Of a stretch of DNA of 64,000 nucleotides, positions 1 through 9,100 are shown piece by piece. Under the pieces are notes generated by a model. That model was not told the origin of the DNA and did no database searches. It saw nothing but the letters and a program-made list of their open reading frames with translations. The DNA lies in NCBI GenBank assembly GCA_963665815.1, contig OY762463.1:352001-416000 (forward strand). Reading direction: 5' to 3'. The DNA is from Candidatus Cloacimonadales bacterium. GTDB lineage: Bacteria > Cloacimonadota > Cloacimonadia > Cloacimonadales > JAIOQZ01. The first letter of the stretch is position 1, and the number at the start of each line of letters is the position of its first letter. A program made the translations under genes and the position numbers.

Positions 1-1
1 C

Positions 2-3000
2 ATGAACCTTCTTAATGCTACAACGAATCTGGTGAAAGTCGAATACAATAGTATACAATATAGTAATAATTCTATGCTGGAGAATAGAAAAACAGATCTG
101 AAGACAAATGTGAAATTTTTGATAAAGTTTATGGATAGCGTTTATAGAGGATACAGGAACAGAAGAATTTCGGAAGATTTAGCTAAGGAATATGTAATAA
201 ATTACATTAAAAATCTGCGTTATAATGAAGGAGTTGGTTATTTCTGGATAAATGATATTGGACGACCTTACCCCAAAATGATAATGCATCCTACAATCCC
301 CGAGTTAGACAACTCGATTCTTGATAATCCTGAATTCAATTGTGCTTTAGGAAAAAACGAAAATCTGTTTAAAGCTTTTGTCGATTCCTGTCTTCATGAT
401 GGTAGTGGTTTCATAGATTATTATTGGCCTAAACCTACGAAGGAAGGATTAACGGAATTACAACCTAAATTATCGTATGTTGAACTTTATGATAAATGGA
501 ACTGGATTATTGGTACCGGTATTTACATGGATGATCTCGAAATTGAGAAAGTGAATAGAATTGATGCTGTAGTTGAGAATCTTAACGAGGCACTTAAACA
601 ACAAAAGGTAGGAGAACATGGTTATCTGTTTATTTTCACTGATGCAAATCAAATATTAGTTCATCCTACAATGAAAAAGTCCGATCTTATTACATTTGTC
701 AATCTGGAGACAGGCAATTTTCTGATGGATGATTTGCGACAGACTGTTAAATCTGGAAAACATACACTTGAATATTCATATGGTAGACCGGGATTTGATG
801 AACAGAAATACATAAAAGATCCACGCAGTAACGAAGACATACTTGTTCGTAAAAAGGCATATATCAACTATTTTGAGCCACTTGGATGGTATATTTGCAG
901 TTCTGTTTATATAGATGATATGAAAAAGAATGTAAATCATCTATTGCATGCGATTATATTATTTTCATCAATTTTCTTAGTAATCGCTGTTATTGTATCG
1001 TATTTACTTTCCAAAAGTATAGTGAATCCAATTAACAAACTTATAGAATCTTTGCATAATTCAGATTCTGAAGGGTTCCCCTTAAGTTCTGTACCGGTAG
1101 TTGGTACGGCAGAGATAAAAATATTCGCCTCAACTTTGAACAAAATGCTGAATTCTGTAATTGAATCAAGAAGCAGGCTGAAACAGAGTGAAGGACGTTT
1201 CAGGGGGCTTATTGAGTCATCCTGTGACCTTATCTGGGAGCTTAACGGGAAAGGTGAATTCACTTATATCAGTCCTCAGGCATTTGAAATCCTTGGGTAT
1301 GAAGAAGATGAACTGTATGGTAAGAAATTTCATGACATTCTTGTTCCGGGAGATAAGGATATTAATCCTATAATGTATGGGAAAATCTCTGAATTTAAAG
1401 ATCCTATTGTCCAGAAGGAGTATATCGGAGTACATAAGTCAGGTAAGAAGATTATTCTTGAGACAAGTGGTCTGCCTGTTTACAATGACGAAAATGAGAT
1501 GATTGGATTCAGAGGTGTTACTCGCGATATAACTGAGAGAAAAGAAACTGAACAGTTCATGCGACTTGTTCAGTACGGAGTAAATAAGGCAAGGGATAGT
1601 GTAATCTGGTTTAATAGTGAGACTCAAATTGTATATGTAAATGATGCTGCTTCGGATATGCTTGGTTATTCCAAAGATGAATTGCTTAAAATGAAAATTC
1701 CTCAAATAGACTCTCAGTTCCCTTTGACAAATTGGGAAAAGCATATGACTGCCTTGAGACATGCAGGTTTCAAGAAGTATGAATCAGTATTTCTCAGTCG
1801 TGATAATATGGAAATCCCTGTTGAGATTACAAGTAATTATCTGGAATTTGAGGGAGAAGAAGGAGCATTTCTTTTCGTAAGGGATATTACACTAAGGAAA
1901 GCAACTGAGAATGCATTAAGAGAAAGTGAATCAAAATACAGAGGGTTGATTGAATCATCAAGTGATTTGATTTGGGAAGTCAACAAAAAGGGTCTGTATA
2001 CTTATGTAAGCCCTCAGATTGAATCTATTCTGGGCTATTCTCCTGAAGAAGTGATAGGAAAAACACCTTTTGACTTCATGTCTGAATCTGAGAGCGAAAA
2101 AATCGAAAATGATTTTACCGTAAGGTTCAGGAATAAGGAAGTTCTTAGAATGCTTGAAAATATAAACATTCATAAGAATGGTAATGAGGTTGTGCTTGAA
2201 ACAAGTGGAGTCCCGATATTCAGTGAAGAAGGGGAATTTGTGGGCTACAGAGGAGTAGATAGAGACATAACTCAGAAAAAACTTCAGCAGAAAAAAATTC
2301 AGGAAAGAACAGAACAGCTATCTAAGGCTAATCAAGAACTTTTAAAGCATAAAGAACATTTGGAAGAGCTTGTAAATGAAAGAACAGAAGAGTTAAGGGA
2401 TTCTTTGATAAATCTCAAAAAAGCACAGGATTTCCTTATTCAGTCAGAAAAGATGGCAGCTCTGGGTGGATTAGTTGCCGGTGTAGCTCACGAAATAAAT
2501 ACACCTGTAGGTATTGGGGTTACTGCAGCATCCTTCCTTGAGGTGAAAACAACTGAAATTGAGGAAAAATTTAACACAAACGGTCTTAAGAAGAGTAACC
2601 TTAAGGAATACTTCTCTATTGCGCGTGATAGCTCCAGAATGTTGCTGTCAAACATGAAGAGAGCTGCTGATCTGATTCAGAGTTTTAAACAGGTTGCTGT
2701 TGATCAGGCAAGTAAAGAAAGAAGAAAATTCATGATGAAGGAATACATGACAGAGATTCTTGCTAGTCTGAGTTCAAAGTTTAAGAGATCAAAACATACA
2801 ATCAGTATCCAATGTGAAGAAGATATTGAGGTAAATAGTTTTCCGGGTGCTTTTTCTCAAATAATGACAAATCTTATCATGAATAGTCTTAAACATGGTT
2901 TTGAAGATTTAGAAGCAGGTCATATAAACATTAGAATTGAAAGAAGTGGGGAAAATGTTAAACTTGTTTATACTGATAATGGTAAAGGAATTCCACAGAA

Positions 3001-3202
3001 AAACCTGATAAAAGTGTTTGATCCTTTCTTCACAACTAAGAGAGGTCAGGGTGGAAGCGGATTAGGTATGCATATTGTATATAATCTGGTCACTCAATCT
3101 CTCGGTGGAAGCATAACCTGTGACAGCGTGGAAAGTGAAAGTACTGAATTTGTTATTGACTTTCCTGTAGATTATAAAATAACTGATGAAATAAATGAAT
3201 AA
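2..3202 (+). CDS. Cache/HAMP/3xPAS sensor histidine kinase (probably 5'-truncated by window edge)
   Basis: Cache-like 'GYFWI...MHP', 'W.WIIGTGIY'; TM helix; three PAS domains; H-box 'GVAHEINTP'; N-box 'NLIMNSLKHG'; G-boxes 'DNGKGI', 'GSGLG'. Confidence 0.92.
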   Translation: MNLLNATTNLVKVEYNSIQYSNNSMLENRKTDLKTNVKFLIKFMDSVYRGYRNRRISEDLAKEYVINYIKNLRYNEGVGYFWINDIGRPYPKMIMHPTIPELDNSILDNPEFNCALGKNENLFKAFVDSCLHDGSGFIDYYWPKPTKEGLTELQPKLSYVELYDKWNWIIGTGIYMDDLEIEKVNRIDAVVENLNEALKQQKVGEHGYLFIFTDANQILVHPTMKKSDLITFVNLETGNFLMDDLRQTVKSGKHTLEYSYGRPGFDEQKYIKDPRSNEDILVRKKAYINYFEPLGWYICSSVYIDDMKKNVNHLLHAIILFSSIFLVIAVIVSYLLSKSIVNPINKLIESLHNSDSEGFPLSSVPVVGTAEIKIFASTLNKMLNSVIESRSRLKQSEGRFRGLIESSCDLIWELNGKGEFTYISPQAFEILGYEEDELYGKKFHDILVPGDKDINPIMYGKISEFKDPIVQKEYIGVHKSGKKIILETSGLPVYNDENEMIGFRGVTRDITERKETEQFMRLVQYGVNKARDSVIWFNSETQIVYVNDAASDMLGYSKDELLKMKIPQIDSQFPLTNWEKHMTALRHAGFKKYESVFLSRDNMEIPVEITSNYLEFEGEEGAFLFVRDITLRKATENALRESESKYRGLIESSSDLIWEVNKKGLYTYVSPQIESILGYSPEEVIGKTPFDFMSESESEKIENDFTVRFRNKEVLRMLENINIHKNGNEVVLETSGVPIFSEEGEFVGYRGVDRDITQKKLQQKKIQERTEQLSKANQELLKHKEHLEELVNERTEELRDSLINLKKAQDFLIQSEKMAALGGLVAGVAHEINTPVGIGVTAASFLEVKTTEIEEKFNTNGLKKSNLKEYFSIARDSSRMLLSNMKRAADLIQSFKQVAVDQASKERRKFMMKEYMTEILASLSSKFKRSKHTISIQCEEDIEVNSFPGAFSQIMTNLIMNSLKHGFEDLEAGHINIRIERSGENVKLVYTDNGKGIPQKNLIKVFDPFFTTKRGQGGSGLGMHIVYNLVTQSLGGSITCDSVESESTEFVIDFPVDYKITDEINE

Positions 3203-3221
3203 TATTAGCATGGGATGATTT

Positions 3222-4511
3222 ATGGAAACACTAAACGATAAAGATACTGATTTTCTGACATTTCTTGATGATGACGACAGTTCAGAATCAGATATGAGTA
3301 ATCCATGGAAATTACTGATTGTCGACGATGATGAAGAAATTCATAACATTACTTCAATTGTTCTGAGTGGATTTTCATATGATAGTCGATCATTATTGTT
3401 TCTTCACGCTTATTCCGGGGATGAAGCTGAGATGATTGTAAAAGATAATCCTGATATAGCTGTTATTCTTCTGGATGTTGTTATGGAAACAGAAGATTCA
3501 GGCTTAAAAGTTGTAAAACATATCAGAAATAAGCTGATGAACAAATATGTGAGGATAATCCTGAGAACAGGACAACCAGGGCAGGCCCCCGAACAGCATG
3601 TTATTGAAAATTACGATATTAATGATTACAAGGAGAAAACAGAACTAACTGCTCAGAAACTTGTTACTTCAATTGTTGCTTCTCTCAGAACATATGAAAG
3701 CATGCAGACCATTGTCAGGCTTAATGCAGAGCTTGAACAGAAAGTTCTTATACGAACTGCCGAACTTCAGGAATCACTGGAAGTTATTAAACGAGATGAG
3801 GAAGCAGGAAGGAAGATACAGTTCAAACTCCTGCCTGATAAATCAAAAAAGATTGCTCAATACAAGTTTTCGCATAGAATTATTCCATCTCTATATCTCA
3901 GTGGAGACTTTCTTGATTACTTTGAAATCAATAAAAATACGATTGGATTCTATATTGCAGATGTTTCAGGGCATGGTGCCTCGTCTGCATTTGTAACTGT
4001 TCTTCTTAAGGGATATGTTAACAATATGGTTGAGAAATACAGAGCTGATAAAGATGACATTATCTGTAGACCGGATAAACTTGTTAAAGCTGTTAATAAA
4101 CTTCTGTTATCTGAAGATATTGAGAAACACCTTACATTGTTCTATGGAGTTATCGATACAGCAAAAAACACATTGAAATTCTCAAATGGTGGACAATACC
4201 CCTTCCCATATCTATACAATCAGGATGAGATAGAAATACTTGATTATAAAGGATTCCCAGTTGGATTACTTGAGTTTGCAGAATTTGACCTGCATGAAGT
4301 AATGCTTCCGGGGGTATTTAATTTAACATTCTTTTCAGATGGGATACTCGAAATCTTAGATGATCAGAATATGAATATGTCAGAAGAACTGAAAAATCTT
4401 GTGACAAAAACTAAGGGAGATATTAACTCAATGGTCAGGAATACAAGAGCTGATAAACTTAAGAATATTCCTGATGATTTGACTTTTTTTACAATCAGTA
4501 AAGGAATTTAA
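3222..4511 (+). CDS. Response regulator receiver + PP2C/SpoIIE phosphatase (RsbU/RssB-like)
   Basis: REC 'LIVDDD..LLDVVME'; PP2C motifs 'SGDFLD', 'ADVSGHG', 'SDG', 'PDDLT'. Confidence 0.9.
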   Translation: METLNDKDTDFLTFLDDDDSSESDMSNPWKLLIVDDDEEIHNITSIVLSGFSYDSRSLLFLHAYSGDEAEMIVKDNPDIAVILLDVVMETEDSGLKVVKHIRNKLMNKYVRIILRTGQPGQAPEQHVIENYDINDYKEKTELTAQKLVTSIVASLRTYESMQTIVRLNAELEQKVLIRTAELQESLEVIKRDEEAGRKIQFKLLPDKSKKIAQYKFSHRIIPSLYLSGDFLDYFEINKNTIGFYIADVSGHGASSAFVTVLLKGYVNNMVEKYRADKDDIICRPDKLVKAVNKLLLSEDIEKHLTLFYGVIDTAKNTLKFSNGGQYPFPYLYNQDEIEILDYKGFPVGLLEFAEFDLHEVMLPGVFNLTFFSDGILEILDDQNMNMSEELKNLVTKTKGDINSMVRNTRADKLKNIPDDLTFFTISKGI

Positions 4512-4525
4512 CGAGGTAAAATATA

Positions 4526-5014
4526 ATGAATGATGCTGAATATCTTATTGCAGAAAGAAGCGGTAGAATATTTATCAAGATAGTAGGAAACGCTCGCTAT
4601 ACAAACTCAGCAGAGTTTGGCAATTTTGTATTAAATGATCTCTTAAAGAAATCACATTCTGAAGAGGTATTGCTTGATCTTTCGGAAACTAAATTCATGG
4701 ACAGTACGGTAATGGGATTGATAGCCAGACTTGCTGGATATTCTATCTCGAAGTTTCAGGCAAAACTTAAAGTGAAATCTCAGAATAAGGTAATTAATGA
4801 CTTGTTATACAACACCGGTTTCAACGATTACATTCTGATTATTGATGATATAGATGAGCAGAATTATAAAGGTCTAAATTGTAGTGATAATCATGATAAC
4901 TCGCTGGAAAAACTGATACTTGAAGCTCATAAAGCCCTGTCAGAAATGAATGAAATTAATAGAAAAGAATTTAAAACTGTTATTGAAATGCTGTCTAAGT
5001 CTCAGGAGGACTAA
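4526..5014 (+). CDS. STAS-domain anti-anti-sigma factor-like protein
   Basis: 'LDLSETKFMDSTVMGLI' STAS phosphoserine motif; follows the PP2C gene. Confidence 0.85.
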   Translation: MNDAEYLIAERSGRIFIKIVGNARYTNSAEFGNFVLNDLLKKSHSEEVLLDLSETKFMDSTVMGLIARLAGYSISKFQAKLKVKSQNKVINDLLYNTGFNDYILIIDDIDEQNYKGLNCSDNHDNSLEKLILEAHKALSEMNEINRKEFKTVIEMLSKSQED

Positions 5015-5461
5015 ATGGGAAGATGTAACACAAATAAATTTGAAAAAAATAACAGAACATGGAAAATCCTGATTGTTGATGATGAGCAGGATATTCATAA
5101 AATAATTAAAATGATTTTCGATAATCATAAAATAGATGACATGAATCTGGAGATTTTCAGTGCATGCAATTCAGATGAAGCTATCTTTTTACTGAAGGAG
5201 AACAGTGATATTGCTGTTGCCCTGGTTGATATTGTCATGGAAACAGAGGATGCCGGTATAAACTGTGTAAGGAGAATAAGAAACGAGCTTAAAAATGATA
5301 AAATCAGATTGATTCTTAAAACAGGCTATCCAAGTCAAATACCAGGACCAGAAATTCTGGAGGCATTCGATATAAGTATGTTTAAGCAGGAAACGGATCT
5401 TACAACACAGATTATTATTGAGATGATATGTACTTCTATTAAGGAGTTTCAGACAAAATAA
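5015..5461 (+). CDS. Single-domain response regulator receiver
   Basis: 'ILIVDDE', 'LVDIVME'; clearly paralogous to the REC of 3222..4511. Confidence 0.8.
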   Translation: MGRCNTNKFEKNNRTWKILIVDDEQDIHKIIKMIFDNHKIDDMNLEIFSACNSDEAIFLLKENSDIAVALVDIVMETEDAGINCVRRIRNELKNDKIRLILKTGYPSQIPGPEILEAFDISMFKQETDLTTQIIIEMICTSIKEFQTK

Positions 5462-5549
5462 AACGAAAAATCAATTTTAGACAATTTTCACTGTATAGAT
5501 CAGGAAATGGATTGATTTTGATTACATATAACATAAAAGGAGACAATAA

Positions 5550-5921
5550 ATGGAGTTATCCAATATAGAAGGAATTGAATGTATTACAACTGATTCTGGA
5601 CTTAAATATTACATTACACATAAATCAGAGAGTTCAGATAAACCAAGAAGAGGATCTAAAGTTGATGTTCATTACAGTGGTTTTCTCACAAACGGGAAAA
5701 TGTTTGATTCTTCACACAGCAGAAATAAGAAATTCACTTTCACTCTTGGAGTCGGACAAGTAATCAAAGGTTGGGACGAAGGTGTTCAGCTGATGAATGT
5801 AGGGGACAAATTTCAGTTTCACATTCCTTACAAACTTGCTTATGGTGAAAGAGGGTATCCGGGAGTAATTCCTGCAAGAGCAACATTGATTTTTGATGTT
5901 GAACTTCTTGGATATAAGTAA
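5550..5921 (+). CDS. FKBP-type peptidyl-prolyl cis-trans isomerase
   Basis: 'VHYSG.L.NG..FDSS', 'VIKGWDEG', 'LAYG', 'TLIFDVELL'; AGGAG RBS. Confidence 0.95.
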   Translation: MELSNIEGIECITTDSGLKYYITHKSESSDKPRRGSKVDVHYSGFLTNGKMFDSSHSRNKKFTFTLGVGQVIKGWDEGVQLMNVGDKFQFHIPYKLAYGERGYPGVIPARATLIFDVELLGYK

Positions 5922-5936
5922 ACATTTTTTAAATAT

Positions 5937-5982
5937 AAGCGCCCTTAAGTCCGGATAGATTTTTTAAGGGTGCTTTTTTTTT
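5937..5982 (+). terminator. Intrinsic terminator after FKBP gene
   Basis: AAGCGCCCTTAA...TTAAGGGTGCTT stem followed by a long T run. Confidence 0.7.
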
Positions 5983-6154
5983 ACTTTTTTTCAGAACAAT
6001 TAGAATATATCATCCCCTTAGTATGGAAAAGGTTATATATGTTCAGTGAATCACATTCATCAATATATGTGATAAATAAATTGACATTGTTCATACACTT
6101 TTATCTTATAAAATTTGCTATTTTTTGCAAAAAATAATACTTGGGAGTATTTTA

Positions 6155-9100
6155 ATGATAAAAAAGTTATCTTTAATTATTAGTTTTGTCTTAACAACAA
6201 TTCTGTTTGCAGTCCCTGTTTCAGGAACAAGGACAATTGGACAGACAGGATATTATCAAACATTAGAAGAAGCCTGTGACTCGATTATGGCTTATGGAAT
6301 AGATGGCGATATTGTTTTACTGCTTTCTGCCGGAACATATGATGGACGTGTAGACTTAGGTTATACAGATCCTGCATACGATATTACTATCACAACGAAT
6401 GAACCGGAAGGCAGCGTTATTCTGACAAACAGTCAATCCACAAGTTCCATAAACTGGATCATGAGACTTTACGCAGCAAATAATGTAGCGATCAGCAATT
6501 TGACTTTCCAATCTGATGCAACTTATGGTTGTGCAATATTAATGAATGGTGACTGCGATGATATTCTGATTGACAATAATGTATTTAATGGTGTTGTAAG
6601 TACTAATACTTCAAACCACAGCTTGATCAGACTTAATGCAGATTCTGAAGCTCCTGACAATGTGCAGATTTCTCATAACAAGTTTTATGATGGAGCGTAT
6701 CAGATTTTTAACAGCTCTAATACATATACTGAAGAATTAAACACGCAAAATTTAACTATCACTGATAATGAATTTTACAGAAGCTATAAACACATGTATC
6801 TTTCCAGAGCAATGGGTGCGTATATTTCAGATAACATTTTTGATGGTTCAAAATATGGATTTGAGTTAAGAGGATGTAAATGGGTAGACGTTTTAGGAAA
6901 CTCACTTAAAGCTAAATTGTTCGGTATAACACTTTCTTATTGCGGTGATGGTGATGACTACTGCTATATATACAACAATAAAGTCAGAGTGACCGGTGCA
7001 AATGATACTTATACTACCTTTACAGGAGAAGCACATGGGATAACTGTTTCAAACGGAACAGGGAATAGCGTAAGACACAATACTGTCGTCAATACATCCG
7101 ATCATTCATGGTCTAATGCAATGAGTATTTCAGGTACGCAAAACTATGTTAAAAGCAATCTTATTGTTAATTATGGTAAAGGATATGGAGCTTATTTTAA
7201 CAATCTCATTGGTGATAATGATGTTGTGAATATTGAAGATTATAATAATATCTTCTCAAAGTCAGTCTACTCTGTAAAAGTAAGTAATACATATTATAAG
7301 ACACTATTTGATTTCCATGCTGCAATATATATTGATCCTTCCCAGAGAAATGATAAGAATTATGATCCTGTACTGGATACAACTATGACAATGATTCCTC
7401 AGAGTTGTGCAATGGAAGATCAGGCATATTATACGGGATACCAGAGCTTTGATTTCTACGGCAATCCAAGAAGCAACTCTCCTGACTTTGGAGCAGTAGA
7501 ATATTCTTCTACAGGACTGGCACCTCTTAGCGGAGTCTTTACTATCGGATCTGCAGGAAATTACACGTCAATTCAAGCTGCATCAGACGATTTAACTCTT
7601 AGAGGTGTTAATGGGCCAACTCAGTTCATACTCGACGGAACAGACTTTAATGAGAAGATAGATATTGGTTTCATATCAGGAACATCTAGTATCAACAGAA
7701 TTCTATTTAGTGGTTCTCAGTTTACAGATACAAGAATTATAGCAGCTGGTACATCAGACAAGCCTTATGTTATGAACTTAATGAGAACTCAGCATGTTAT
7801 TTTTGAAGATATTGAGTTCAGAAACGTGCATAACTCTTATGGAGTTTGCTTCTATATTACATCCTTTACTGATGATATAACAGTCAGAAACTGTGAATTT
7901 TATCAGGACACGGGAGCAGTTAATGAATATTACAGTAACAATATCTTTGTAGATCAGCCTGGAGAAGCAAATGATTTTACTGTTACTAACTGTACATTTG
8001 AGAATGGGAACAGAGCTTTTTACGATCACAGCTACACGAACAGTAGTGAAGTTGAGTTTCTTAACTGTACAACAAACAATCACCGTATAGCAGTTAATGT
8101 AGCGAATGTTAAAGGATTGAAAATTAAAGAGAATACAATAAACAATGTAACTTACGGTGGAATTATTGCTAATTATTGCGACTATTTCGAAGTTGAGAAA
8201 AACAAAATAACAGGTAGTTCCAGAGGTATAGATGTAAGTTCAGCAAGTGGAATCATTCCACAGTCTCCTTATCAGAATCTGGTTGCCAACAATATAATAA
8301 ACTTAAGTGGAGGAATGGGGATTAATATTGCTGGGAACTACATAGATATTCTTAACAACAGTATATCCATTACAGGTACAAATCTGTATGGAATTTACCA
8401 GTATAATCAGTCCTCAGATTTAAATATTTTTGCAAATGCAATCAGAGTTGAAAATGGATATGTTATTTGGTTAACTAATTCAACAACAACCAGTAACTAT
8501 AATATAGACGGAAACTCATATTACTCAGAAAATGCAAAATTTGTTAAGCTGGATAATATAAGCTATAATGATTTACAAGAGTGGTGCGCAGCCGATCCCA
8601 CTCAAAACATCCATTCCGTAGAAGCAGACCCACATTTCGATTCCTTTGGAATGGCTACATCTCCATGGTTGGTTAACAGAGGCTTTGGAGCATCAAGAGT
8701 TACTGAAGATTTTAATGGAACAAGTAGAGATGTTTTTAATGATATTGGTGCCAACGAACAGGTCGGTGCTGTGTTCCTATTCCCGGAAAGAAATGATAAT
8801 GTGCTTACTGTGGGGCCGGGGTATGAGTATTCGACAATTCAGGAATGTTTTGATGATATTGCCTTTCATGGACTAAAAAGATTATCTCCAACTGACGAAA
8901 CACATAAAGACACTCTGTTTGTCAGAATTGCTGATGGGTTATATGGTGAACTGTCACAGCTTAATCACATGCCAAGAGAGATTCATGAGTTAACATCTGA
9001 TGATGAAGCTGTTCTTGTAATCGAATCTATGAATGATAATTGTTTCCTTGGCTATCCTGATGATTCCGATAATCAGGATCCAATATTCCTGCTCAATGGT

